Shown here: piece after piece, positions 50,286 through 63,080 of the stretch
How the letters are laid out: the number at the start of each line of letters is the position of its first letter
How positions within the stretch are numbered: the stretch's first letter is position 1
Source: Mytilus trossulus
Taxonomy: Eukaryota
Direction of reading: 5' to 3'
Assembly: GCF_036588685.1 (NCBI RefSeq)
Contig: NC_086373.1
Coordinates: 28,892,001 to 28,956,000 of the forward strand
Length of the DNA stretch: 64,000 bases
Translations under genes and position numbers: made by a program
The notes under the pieces: model-generated
Databases searched by the model: none
Seen by the model: the letters and a program-made list of their open reading frames with translations, nothing else
What the model was told of the DNA's origin: nothing

Positions 50286-53200
50286 TTTTTGTTCAATTTT
50301 TTATTCTTTATTGCACACATTTTTTTTGGCGGTTAGCTTGGTGCCAACATATATGAAAATTCCTATTGTTAGTTATCCATTTTTGGATGATGACGATCTT
50401 TAGTCTTCATAATTTGTTGTTTGTTTATCTCGGTGTTTTCAATTCTCTCGTGTATGTGGCAATGTATTTGATTTGAACCTCCAAGTACGGGATTTTCTTG
50501 TGTGTTGAACACTAATTTGTGGTCATCGGCTGTCTTTTCCATCCCATATGGTCGGGTTGTTTCTCTTAAATTGACACGTTCCCCATTTACATTATCAATT
50601 TCACTATATATTTACTCATGTGTGTTTAAATTTTAAAACAGTATTAAGAAATATTGATCATGATACAAACATATGTTTTCAAAGTAAAATATTAAACATT
50701 GTAGGGATGAATATCATCACGAAAAGACTCAAGTACTCACAAAAAAAAATTGAACAGGTATGATTTTGTATCATTATATTTATAATAAGTAAAAAGAATT
50801 GTCTACTTTGCACATATTTTGAATTAAAAACGAAATAATGGTAAAAAAGTCTCACAAAAGTGTACATTGATTAAAAGTCAGCAGATATCATCATGTTCGT
50901 TATGTCACAAATTAAAGATAATTGTAACTGAAAAGTATTTGTTAAGTTTAATCAACAGACTATACTTATTAAAAAAAAATTAAAAAAAAAGATAGTAGAG
51001 TAGTTTAACTTACAGCAATGAAACGCTTATGTGCTTTTGAAAATAACTTCTTATGGTCTAACCGTTTATGCGAATAAGTCTTCGGATTTGGTCAATGTTT
51101 GAATTGGAAGAAGATGATTCGAAGTACATAAGACTGGTTGATGTTCGACAACTATTCAATACGTCTCTGATTTTTATTGGATATATGGATTAAATAAACA
51201 TAGAGGTAAACCATTGTCCTGTAATAATCTTTATAAAAAAGTTAAACTGGAAAACTATGTGTGTACTCTCCTTGATTTCAGTTTTCTAATGACTTATAAT
51301 AATATAATCATACTTTTTTAGTTAATAAGGTATGTATTTAAAGTAAGGTGTATTGATTAAAACACTAAACGTTTTCTTTTCCAGCCCATACTATTTAGAT
51401 GATTAATTTATTAGTTGATCTGTTTTGCGGAACTTTAAGTCTGGAGAAAATGTTACAGGTCCAAATATAGCATATGCTGTCCTCATTGATCATAGTTTTT
51501 TACTGCCCCAGATTAAGGGGATAATTGAGCGCTCAAAATCATGTTAAACCCTGTCATATTCTTTATGTGCCGGTCTCAACTCAGGATCAAGGAGTTCAGT
51601 GATTGTCATTGGTTTATATCTGTTTGTTTATTGTGAATTGTTTTGTTATTTTTTCGAGTTTTCGAAATTCAATTTAATCACATTTGTCATGTCGGAGTCT
51701 TTTTTTTTGCTAATATCTACTTTATTGAAATTTCGGTAGAAAGTTATCTCATTTTGATCACACCTTGTCTCCTTATTTTCATACTTATTCATTCAGAAAG
51801 AACATAACTGACACAGAAAGTCAACTGTCCTCAATTGTTTTTCTATAAAAAGAGTGTAGAATGTAAAAGTCGTGAAATGTATGAACATATAACGCAGGAC
51901 TAACAATCTCCATCTTGCAACGCCTCTCCGTAGACAAAAAGAAGACCATTGAAATCGGCAATTGAACATTGCGACATCATATGATTGCAATGACAAACAT
52001 TATGGTAAAAGTATCCTTTTTTCCCTATATAATGAACATTATCAACTGTACTCTAATGATATCTCTATTAAAGACATATTTTCATTTAAACAAAACATTT
52101 AGGCAGTCATATTGTTTGCATAAAGCTATATTCATTACCCAGTACAAAACTGCATTCTCCGAACAATTCTGTTTTGGAAACCATTGTAACAAATTCTCAT
52201 TCAAACAAATACAAACTTACAGCTATCATTTCGGATATTTAAAGTCACAATAGTTTTAAACCAGTTCGCATTGGAAAAGATGAAAGAGAGAACAGATCGT
52301 TTCTCAAACTTGCCTTTGCCAAAAACAGGTCTCGATGTCGTTAACTCGGGCAATAGCCTTCATCATAAATTAGTTCAACCGAAAATATCTATTAATTTTG
52401 ATGACTCGTCTGTACCAATCATTTCTTAAATCTATACTAAACCAATTGTAATTGAAATTGATATTCATGATATTTATTTACATGTGTTTTGAAATTGTTA
52501 CTATATGTTTTCCTTTTTATATGGAAGCCAATCCAATGGGTTGGTTTTGGTAGAAAAAAACAAAGATAATGTACTAGATAATGGAAAGAACAAGGCTATA
52601 ATAATCCAAAATGGTGATCAAGATGGAGAAGAATTGATTGGAGGACACACAGAGCATGAGGTACCACATATTTGTACCCTACTTAGTAACATAAATACAT
52701 TATTTCATATAGATTGTTTAAAATCAATATAATTAAATACATGCTTAGATACTTGCTTAGAGAGATGGTATAGATTCAGTAATATGGTCTTTGCATGGGA
52801 AATAAAATCAGTTGTCGGCATGATATTCGTAATATTCTTATCATGCATTGTATGATGGTATGATACTATACCCCTCAGCGAGAGTGATTGTACTTGATTA
52901 TCATATGATGAAAACATAATGCTAAATCAGTTTAATTGAGGTCGGAAGCAGGCCTTGATTTATGTATCATTGTCATTTTGTTACATTTCTTACATTAAAA
53001 TTTGACTTTTTTCTGATCTGAGTTTTGATTTGCGTATTGCTGTAAGTTTTTTGCAAGCTTATTCCAAGCTTAACAACTTTCACCGTGACCTCGAGCTCCC
53101 TCTTCCGTATTCAAAAAAAATATTATTGTCATCCTTTTAGTTAACACCAAATTATAACTAAGAAATCTGATTTTTATATGATGAGAATATATGATTATTA

Positions 53201-54029
53201 CGCGCAAGAACAAGGCTGCGATTCATTTGCTGGAATAAAAAGTAAAGTATCTACAGTATCGTACAAATTTGCCAAAGTAAAAAGAATATTTGGCTACACG
53301 TAATGTATTATTTAAACTCATCTAAGAAATGTTAGGCTCACATGACAGTTTACCGTGATCAACTGAGGCTGTGCTTGATTTTCATATGGTGAAGACATAA
53401 TCTTTGAATTAGTTTAGTTGAGGTCAGAAGCTGGCGTGGGAGTAATTGCTAGTAGTCCCAATGTATGTATCATTGTCATGTAGCCTAATTTCTTTAGTTA
53501 CCTATTCTGATACGTATTTCTTATAAACTGAGTTTACTGTCATATTGCAGTTTGTGAGTTTATTCTACATTGACAGGTGGTATAAAGGGGAAGGTTTGAG
53601 ACATCACAACACAAATCCGCAACATGTTTGCCCCGGTCCCAAGTCAGGAGCCTCTCTGGCCTTTCTGAGTACTGTATGTTTTTTTGAATTTTAGACATAG
53701 AAAGATGTGGTATGAGTGCTAATTAGACAACCTCTCCATACAAATTACAATTTAAAAAGTACATAATAATGTCCTTTACATTTATGCATTTTATTTTCAC
53801 AAATAACTCATATTTATCAAATGTAGAAAAACACGATTTTTTTGGCTGTTTATTTGTCAAATTTAAAACAATTGGATTATTGACACTTTCTTGAAAATTG
53901 GTACAATCTTTATACGTATTCAAACCAAATGTCACTTTCAAAACAGTGTTACTTAAATTTTCTTTCTGATCAACTGGTAGATTTTAACAACTATTTTAAA
54001 AGTTTTAGTGTCAAGAGCAAAAGTTTTGG

Positions 54030-54474
54030 TGTCAAGAGCAATATTTTCCTTTCTTGCTGACACTATAGCTGCATAGGTTTTATCAAATTTATCAATGTTT
54101 TCTTTGATAACCCTCAATTCTATTTGAATTTTTTTTTTCGGTTTACCAACCTCCTCTTTGATTCGACTGGTTATGACTGTGTTAAATTCGACAGTTAATT
54201 TTATTTCCATTTTGCTTTCCATATCAGAAATGCGTTTTTTCTAGCCTAGTACCCATGCTTTTTAGATTGAATGAGAGTTTACTGATCATGTCAATTGATA
54301 TATTGTTAGTATATGTTTGCTAATTAGAAGGGGGTGGTCTATATGGTTAGGCTTAACTTTTTTGCACGTTTCGGTATTTTTCGAATCATCTGATAACTGT
54401 CTTTGACGTTGTGTATGTTTCGTATTATAGTCATGTATAATTGCTGTCGTCTGCTTTAATTTTTTTTTTATCAT
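54030..54474 (-). pseudogene. Probable LINE ORF1 coiled-coil relic
   Basis: Joined frames KHTQRQRQLSDDSKN...GTRLEKRISDMESKMEIKLTVEFNTVITSRIKEEV look like a coiled coil. No diagnostic motif. Confidence 0.35.
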
Positions 54475-55377
54475 TTTTCAATAATTTCGATATTTTCAAC
54501 CGGGAAAAGGGGGTTGAGCGCCATTACGTTTTGCACGTAATCCGATGCAATTTTTGATCTAAAAGATCTTCAGCATCTACAATCTTTGGACTATTGATGC
54601 CTTATTTACTTGAAATCATTGAAATCATTGCTTGTTGTATTTACACTTCTATCTGTATAATAATATTAAATAATATAAAATAAATGTCGCTAAAAACTAC
54701 AATTCAATGCTTGACTCGGACAAAATGTAAACCTCCATTAACAATGACAGACAACTCATAACATTAATTACATATACTGTTATTCACTTTATTCCTCTTG
54801 AGTTTTAAAATACTTTTGAAATCCATTTAGTAGCATTATTGACACAAATTTGTAAAAAAGTGTACATGTTTGTTCCCATATTATAAATACACGTTATTTC
54901 AAGATGATTCACATAAAATTCCATTCCAATTATGTACAGGCTAGGTAAAAACTACAAAAACCATTACCCCACTCAATTGTAAATACACTAATCAATATTG
55001 TCCTGCAAATATACGTATCTGTCACAAACTAAACCTGTTACATCTGTTCTTATATAACCTGTGTGATCTTCAGTACGCGTTTGTGGTTGTATCTTCCTTT
55101 ATGTGTTGTGATATAACAAACGACAATTATTTTAAGCTGCATTTGTTTAGTAATGCAGCCTTTCGTTAGCCAATAATGAATGTACCCCTTTTGAAACCAG
55201 TGGAGTAGCTTGACTTATGATGAGGTGCACGCAGAAGATGCTGAGCGTAGATAGGCAAACAAATTTATTGACCCTTTATTGCAGAAAATGAATCTTTTTC
55301 GATGTAAGATGGTTAATTTTGAAGTGAAGTATGCATTTAAACTAATCATAGATACCAGGATTTAAATTTTAAATATA

Positions 55378-55419
55378 CGCCAGACGCGCATTTCGTCTAA
55401 AAAAGACTCATCCGTGTCG
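55378..55419 (-). ncRNA. Type I hammerhead motif of the retrozyme family, core mutated (CGGATGA)
   Basis: Minus strand: CGACA-CGGATGA-GTCTTTTTTAGAC-GAAA-TGCGCGTC-TGGCG. Confidence 0.65.
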
Positions 55420-55759
55420 CTTGAATGAAACAATGTTTTAATAGTTGAGTGTTTTGCTATATATCAAATCAAAGACATAAAACTGACTTAATAGTCTTTA
55501 AACTTTCAATGCTCCCCAATTTATCATGCTTCAGAGAAAGAGAGGGCTAGAGAACTGGTCATCTCATGACATATTCAAGTTAACATACGAAAATAAAGTA
55601 ATTCAAACAATCATTTATTTTATTTGGTGATATATGAATGTGACGTTCGTATGTAAGACTGAAGTTAACATCTGAGGTCCTTTACTTTTAAAAAAAATTA
55701 TTCATAGTGGATTGGGAAACAAGTTTTGAAACATATATTATCCCTTTCCACTTGGCAGT

Positions 55760-57020
55760 TCGAGTGCTGCCTTGTATGTCCTTGAGAAGAGTTACAAATT
55801 CCTTTGTCTAGCATTGTTAAACGTGTCAACAATTTCTTTAGTGTCAATGTCAAAATCAGAATGAATCTCAGATACGTTTTTACGCAAGTCAGAACGCTGA
55901 AAGAGCGTTCAGCAGTAGAGATTGAGGGTGGCATGGTGAAATGTACTTGTATAATACAGAATATATTAGTGTTAAGTTCTTTCGGCATAATCTCCAATGT
56001 TGCACAGACTTGGTCTGGTTTCTTATATGAATAAATATCACAACCTGATACCCACCTGTTAATTTCGTGAAGAAAATGATCTTCTGATTGAAGATCGGAC
56101 TCGTAGGCTCTAAATATGCGGATTAAATGGTCCCAATTTAAATTTTTCAGATTGTTTAAAAGAAGCATCTGGGTAAGAAAACGTTTTTCCAAATTGACGA
56201 TCTCGTAGTTCGTTTGATAGATGGTCTAAAAATTGTATATACATTTCGACGCGTAAATAATCGTGCATACCGACAACAGCGGGATTCGCCCGATTACGTT
56301 GACGACCGGAAGTTCCTGGTTTCGGTGGAACGATTTCAAATTGTGCGGTTAACTCAACGACTTCATCGTACAGACAATTGAATACCTCTATGTCGTTCCT
56401 CTCATATTCAGAAACACTGATGAGAGTTTAACGTTCATTTACCGCTTCCACCAAATCACAAGAGAAGCATTGATGTAAGCGGAACAATGGCTTCTAAAAC
56501 ACGATTGACAATAAAGAGAGGAAGAATAATGTCAAGTCACAGAAAACCCGAAAGTTGGACACAAGATTTTCCATCACCCTTTCTTTTTTTGACCTTACGA
56601 TCACAGGAAATTCGGCTTTTAAAGTGAATATAGAGGCACGACCCAACCAGCCTGTTTCACAAAGTGTTTTTATTTTATTTTTTTCGTCAGTGTATTTTTA
56701 CATTCGGGTTTTGTTCTAGTTCGTCTTTGACCGCACCGTCATACCATTGTGCCCTCCATTTTTCAATTTATATGCCATATTGTTCGAGCTTGGATATAAA
56801 AAAAATCAGCTAACCTCGCCTGTTGTTGCTGATGCTTGAAATAAACCTTAAAACCCCTCTCTCATCAAAATTTTACCATCAATATTATCGACAAACCTTA
56901 CATGAACAGACATATGTTCTTGAGTGATAACAATGATTGCTTCATCCCTAATCAAAGCAAAGAAATTTGATTCATTACCATCGCGAACAATACGATTTCG
57001 TACAATCTCGCCACACAAGG
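55760..57020 (-). pseudogene. hAT transposase relic (ZMYM1/THAP12-like)
   Basis: FFALIRDEA...EHMSVHVRFVD...RAQWYDGAV in the catalytic region, and dimerisation motif TMPPSISTAERSFSVL.CVKTYLR. Many frameshifts. Confidence 0.85.
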
Positions 57021-57044
57021 TCAGTTTCTCATTTTGTATGTTCC

Positions 57045-57250
57045 AAGAAGTCTACCTGACTTTCGAAGATTATTTGAGATCACCCCTAGTTTTTGTAGGG
57101 GTTAGTGTGTCTAATTCTTTAGATTTCTATGTTTTGTCATGCGTACTGGGTTTTTTTCTGTTTGTCTTTTTCATTTTTAGCCATGGCGTTGTGAGTTTAT
57201 TTTCGATTTATGAGTTTGACTATTCCTCTGGTATCTTTTGTCCCCCTTTG
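57045..57250 (+). mobile_element. 3' tail of the Penelope-like family (another copy at ~49510-49690)
   Basis: TGAGATCACCCCTAGTTTTTG...TTTTAGCCATGGCGTTGT matches the reverse complement of 62566-62760. Confidence 0.7.
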
Positions 57251-57372
57251 TCTAATTGAGATTTCAATATTTCGTCTTGTTTGGCTGTTCGGCGCGAAGC
57301 TGCTATAAAATTCATTTTTGTATGCCCCATGCTGGCAATATTCTGACAACCAATAAGAATTAATGTACACAA

Positions 57373-57765
57373 GTGTCTTTTGAGAAGATTTATTGTTATG
57401 ACCAGCAATTTAGATTAAGAACGGCAAATAATCCTACAAGATGTTGGTCTTCCATAAATGGCATTTTATGGTACACCGTTATAGCTGATGGGGAACCGGA
57501 GGGTAATACAATTCAACAGACAAGTGTAGGTAATCGACCATGCTATGATTATAATTTTAAGGTTGCTTGTAATCGTCAAAATTGTTTTTACACCAATTTA
57601 TATATGAAATGCGGAATGGCCTACCCTTTCGCTGGCTGTCAACAAGTAAATATCAATCAGGCATATGCTCGTTCTCAAAAACTAGCCCAAGGCTCATATC
57701 AAAATACAACAAGAGTTGCTAGAAATTTTGCACCTAGAAGTCAAACCCATTTTTTCAAAGAGTAG
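57373..57765 (+). pseudogene. Ngaro gag C-terminal part
   Basis: YDQQFRLR..NPTRCWSSI..LW and a Cys cluster CYDYNFKVACNRQNCFY..MKCG. Confidence 0.7.
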
Positions 57766-57899
57766 CGAATTCGAATCAAGGATTTAGACCTCGAGGAAGC
57801 CGATTTCCTGTCCTTCGAATGGCAGCACCACATAATTTAACAATTAAATTTTATATTTTTCAAAATCTTTAAAGAATCCGTTGGATATATGGTGTCTTG

Positions 57900-59474
57900 T
57901 CTTTACTCCGATCAATATCACAGAATTAAATAAACTTCTTTTCAATTACCCAAAATCAACAAGATGCAATGACATTATGCAAGGGATTTTCTGAAGGTTT
58001 TAGGTTAAAATATTTTGGACCCCGATGTAAGATTGAATCAAAAAATTTATATTCAGTCATCCAAAATCCTGGGGTGGCATGGGAACAAGTCATGAGTGAA
58101 GTAAATAATGGTCGCATAGCTGGTCCCTGTTTGACTAGACCTATATCTAATCTTAGGTGTTCGCCTATAGGTGATATTCCTAGAAAAACGGATGGATTAA
58201 GATTGATTACGCACTTATCTTTTCCGCTAAATTTAAGTGTAAACGATTTTATTGATAAAAAATTTACTACAGTAAAGTATTCGTCTTTTGACAATGCTAT
58301 TGATATGATTAAAAGATTGGGTTCAAATGTTGAAATTGGAAAAAAGACATTAAATCCGCCTTCAGATTGTTAAAAATTTATCCAGGGGACTTTGATCTAT
58401 TAGGATTTAAACTTAATGAATATTATTTCATTGATAAATCATTGCCTATGGGGTACCCAGAATCAAACTGCTTATTCGAAAAAAATTCAACTTTTATTCA
58501 ATGGGCTGTCATGAATGAGTCGAATTCAGATAATCTTGATCATTATTTGGAGGATTTTTTATTTGCTGGTAAAAGCAATACTGAGGATTGTAAAAATCTG
58601 ATGAATAGTTTTGATAGAGCATGTTGTCGTCTTGGAGTTCCAATTGCTCATGAAAAAACAGAAGGCCCAACAACAAAACTTAGTTATTTAGGTTTGCTTA
58701 TAGACACAGAAAAAATGCTAATACAAATCCCGGAGGACAAAGTATTGGAGTTAAAGTAAAAAAATAAATGGGTATTGGGTAGGAAAAAGATAACTTTAAG
58801 GGATCTACAATCTTTGTGTGGGTCATTAGCTTTTGGTGCAAAAGCTCTTCCTGCAGGCAGAGCATTTAGCAGACGAATTTATTTGGCAAGTAATCACGCA
58901 AAGAAACCACATCATTATGTCAAAATCACAGAAGGCATGTATCAAGACTTATTGGTATGGGAATTGTTTTAGACAAATTTAACGGTATTAGTTACATGCT
59001 CGACATTGATTGGACTTCAAATTCAATTTTACAACTATTTACTGACAGCGTTGGTGGTTCAACAAAAGGATGTGGCTGCTATTTCCAAGGCAAATGGGCT
59101 TTTCTTAAATGGCCTGTAGAATGGTCTGGTACTGAAGTTCTCAGGGATATATCATTTTTAGAAATGATACCTATCTGTTTACTTATGGGGTAACCTTTCT
59201 CAAAAGAAATAAAATTTTATTGAATTCGGATGATAATGCCGTGGTTGAAATTTCAAATAAGAAGACGTCAAAATCTATAGGAATTATGAACCTTGTTAGA
59301 CACATAGTATATTGGTCATTATTAGGCAATTTTCACATTAAGGCACAGTTCATTCCTGGTTATACAAATATAATTGCAGATTGTATTTCTCGCAATAAAT
59401 TTCAGAAATTCAAAAGTCTGGCAGTAACAGCAGATCTCCAGGTACAATTCCCGAGGAATTTTGGAACATTTTAG
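57900..59474 (+). pseudogene. Ngaro reverse transcriptase plus RNase H
   Basis: CSPIG.IPRK.DGLRLITHLSFP, LPMG, HYLEDFLF (YLDD mutated), EKTEGP, then LFTDS..G.GC and DD.AVV...N..AD.ISR. Several frameshifts. Confidence 0.9.
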
Positions 59475-59479
59475 ATTAG

Positions 59480-60323
59480 AAATAGCAAAGTTATTGGACG
59501 CATCGAATTCTCAGAATACATAGAAGGTTTAGGAAATACATGGCCGCCCAGTATTTCGCATTTAGTAAATTATGTTGCTTATTTATCAAAATTAGGATAT
59601 GCCCCTGCAACGGTTAAGGTGTACTTGTCAGGTTTAAGCTATTATTTACGAATAAATGAGCTCACTGATTTGACTTCATGGTTCATTATACAAAAAATGT
59701 TGAAAGGAATGGACAAATTATATGGCGTAGTGGATAGTCACAAACCTATAACTTTAAAAATATTAGCTCGATTAATAAACTCGTTGCAATTTGTCTGTTC
59801 TTCAGTATATGAATGCACAATATTTAGATCCATGTTTTCATTAGCATTTTTTGCATTTTTGAGAATCGGTGAAATTACAATTAATAGAAATACGTAACAT
59901 GTCATTAACAATGATGATATCAATGTTTCACATTATTCACAATCTGCATATATCCCAATTCCCTTTTCGAAAACAGACCAAAAAGGTTTATCTACAACAT
60001 TAACAGTTGAAAGTTTTAATCAAGTTGATATTTGACCGGTGAGATTGTTGTTAAACTTTATTTCAATCAGACACCAAAACAATGGACCACTTTTTTGTCA
60101 CTTTAACAAAACTGGTGTAACACGATATCAATTTTCTAGAGTACTATGCAAGACCATGAAATTAATTGATTGTAAACCAAATGAGTACAACACGCATTCA
60201 TTTCGAATTGGAGCAGCTACACATTTTGCTATGAACGGTCATACTGATGACGAAATTACGACTTTTGGTCGTTGGAAATCTGCATCCTTTAAAAGTTATA
60301 TAAGAATTGAGCTTACCAAATAA
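59480..60323 (+). pseudogene. Ngaro tyrosine recombinase
   Basis: AFFAFLRIGE, SKTDQ, HSFRIGAAT and GRWKSASFKSYIR carry the R-K-HxxR-W-Y catalytic set. Internal stops. Confidence 0.9.
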
Positions 60324-60339
60324 CTTATAATTTCAGCTT

Positions 60340-60945
60340 GTCTTAGTAATAAAATATTGATTATTGGTTCTTCAATTATATGCAGTGCTCGTGATCACTC
60401 GGAGAACAGGTAGTAATTTAGGTATTTTGAAAAATAATAATTGTTTTTTGCGATGGGCAGGCAAATCTGGTATGATATGGGACGATGTGGTTGGCACAGT
60501 TAACAGCATCATTAATTTATGCAACAAAATTCCACATGCGTTGATATTGCATTGTGGTGGGAATCACATAGGAAATGTACCATGTGGTGCTCTGCTATAT
60601 CACATTAAATTCACAACAGCAATTCTGGCTCGCATGCTCCAAAATTGTTCTCTTGTATAGTCAAGCATTCTTCCCAGGTGTTCATGGCGTTACTCAAGTA
60701 ATGACCATGCCATGGAAATTACATGAAAGAGAATAAATAGGTGAGTGCGATCATATATAGTCAAACATGGAGGATACGTTATCAAATATCCAGATTTTGA
60801 TGATCGTCATTCAGCGCTATATTCTGACGATGGAGTACATCTATCATTTATTGGAAATAATATTTTCTTGAATCAAATTCAGTCAGCGCTATAAACATTC
60901 ATAAAGTATCCACATTATGTTGTATTTCCTCACGATCACCATTAA
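60340..60945 (+). pseudogene. Ngaro SGNH/GDSL hydrolase ORF
   Basis: IIGSSII, GKSGM.W, LILHCGGNHIG, SSILPR and DDGVHLSFIGN correspond to SGNH blocks I, II, III and V. Confidence 0.8.
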
Positions 60946-61599
60946 TTTAAAATAAACACAGTTCATACTGATAATGGAAGAAAATACATGCATTTTATGA
61001 AATTTGGTTGTTATATATAAATGTTGAATTCGCAATATCTTTTATTATTTTGATTGTTTAAATGTTGTTGAAAAGGTGATTGTAGAATTGGAGATAACTG
61101 AATTGTCATAGATAAATTTTGTGGCGAATTATCATTCTGTCCGAATGATAATTTTGGCGAAATTTACTTCATTTTATGCAGACTATGGATAGCCCAGCTG
61201 CTAATTCTGAAATACTGCTGAATGGACCGCCCTTCAGTACACCAGCTTTGGATCGCCCAGCTGTGATACAATGATTAGTTCAATCGTCATCAACATTTTA
61301 TTGATTGACAAACATTTTGGTTGTGTACTCTTGTTGTAACAGTTGTTGTTGTTTTATGAAGAACTTTGATTAAATGTTGCCATGACAATTCAATATCCAA
61401 ATAAAATTAGTGTTTATTATTTGCTGTACTGAAATACAAATCAAGGCATCAATGGCGTCTGTTCGTCAATTCTGGTGATTGGTTAATTTACACAAAGTGA
61501 TATTTTTGTTCAAATGATATATTCAATAATTGACAATTATTGACGATTTTTTATTTTCAATTTCACTAGAATTTCAAAACTTTGAAATACATTTTGTAA

Positions 61600-62550
61600 T
61601 TTATCAAGATAAGAAGCAAACATTTCGGCGACTTTTCAAAAAAGTGTATTTGATTGACTGTTTGAAAAAAAGCAAAACATCAAGATCAAGATAATCAACT
61701 GCACATTTATGTTATCTTATATAATGGCACCGTGTAATAGGGTTTAATTTTGCTAAACATATTGTCCCAAAACAATAACAACGTAAGAAACTCTTATTTA
61801 TACGCTATTGCGAATGAAATGACACTTTTCTATTGTTCAGAGAGTCTTAAAACAGACAAAGTTAGAGACATAGTATGCATTAAACCACCAATAAACACTA
61901 TATATAACGATTCTGTAAAGGTACATAACAATGGGAACGTAATATTTCACACAATTTGTCGAAAAAACATTCGAACACATATATCTGCACTTGAGTTTAC
62001 TGATTATGTTTGAAAAAAACCACTTTATCATCTTGAAAAAATTTAGTCAACACTGATTGCTATGTTCTTAATATACAATTATTGACTACTTGATACTATT
62101 TATGTATGAGATTTTCAAAACTTGCGGAATAATCTCGCAACCCTAGAAGCAAACATTTTGACAATTTTTCAAAAATGTATATGAAATGACTGTTAGAAAA
62201 AAAGCAAAACATCAAGATCAAGATATTTGATAACATTAACGGTACCAATTTTCCTGCACCAGATGCGCATTTCGACAATACATGTCTCTTCAGTGATATA
62301 ACTGTACATTTATGGTATCTTATATAACGGCACCGTGTAATGTGGTTTACATTTGCTAAACATCTTGACCCCCAAAAAAGTAGCCACGTAAGATAAGCTT
62401 ATCCATAAGCCATTGCGAATAAAATGACGTTTTTCTATTATAAGGTGATTCTTCAAAAAATCAAAGCTAGTGACATAGTAAGCAAAAACACAATTAACCA
62501 CTTATATTAAAAATCTCATTCAATAACATAACAATGGTAACTTAACAATT
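61600..62550 (+). repeat. Diverged tandem duplication of a ~330-bp block, period ~530 bp
   Basis: AGAAGCAAACATT...GCAAAACATCAAGATCAAGATA...GGCACCGTGTAAT at ~61612 and ~62145. Confidence 0.75.
62257..62297 (-). ncRNA. Minimal type I hammerhead ribozyme with intact core
   Basis: Minus strand: AUCA-CUGAAGA-GAC-AUGUAUU-GUC-GAAA-UGCGCA-UC/UGGUG. Stem I AUCA:UGGU, stem II GAC:GUC, palindromic stem III, AUC cleavage triplet. Confidence 0.8.
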
Positions 62551-62565
62551 CAGATAATTATTCGT

Positions 62566-63080
62566 AAAAGGGACGAAAGATACCAAAGGGACAGTCAAAC
62601 TCGTAAATCTAAAACAAACTGACAACGCCATGGCTAAAAATGAAAAAGACAAACAGAAAAACAATAGTACACATGACACAACATAGAAAACTAAAGAATA
62701 AACAACACGAACCCCACCAAAAACTAGGGGTGATCTCAGGTGCTCCGGAAGGGTAAGCAGATCCTGCTCCACATGCGGCACCCGTCGTGTTGCTTATGTG
62801 ATTATAAATCCGGTAAAAAGTCTAATTCGGTAGGTCAAATTTATGAAAGGGAAGGGGATTGTAGTTACGACGTAAGGAACATATCCGATATCATTTGTGA
62901 AACGGTTATTCCATAACGGTCAACCAACTCGTGATGGCGTCCGTAAAATTTACGAAGGGATGATTTCAACTTCACCATTTGGAACTCTTGGTTTAATAGC
63001 TTCCTTGTAAGCAGTAACCCTCTATCAAGAAAATCATGATAGGAAATGCAAGCACGGGAATATCGTATCAATTTGGACAT
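62566..63080 (-). mobile_element. Penelope-like retroelement 3' fragment, well preserved
   Basis: LIRYSRACISYHDFLDRGLLLTRKLLNQEFQMVKLKSSLRKFYGRHHELVDRY resembles a PLE RT thumb, followed by a non-coding tail. Confidence 0.7.

Larger units (their letters stand above)
57360..61300 (+). mobile_element. Ngaro-type (DIRS order) tyrosine-recombinase retrotransposon, 5'-truncated and decayed
   Basis: Domain order gag-end, RT, RNase H, YR, SGNH hydrolase, which is characteristic of Ngaro elements. Confidence 0.9.

Noticed and set aside
52505-52732. Coding-like ORF with a possible donor site (GAG/GTACCA)
   Set aside because: No recognisable domain, convincing acceptor or partner exons.
62542-62781. 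ORF MPHVEQDLLTLPEHLRSP..., with similar ORFs at 11405-11659 and 56924-57259
   Set aside because: These are translations of the multicopy non-coding tail of the Penelope-like family, not a gene.
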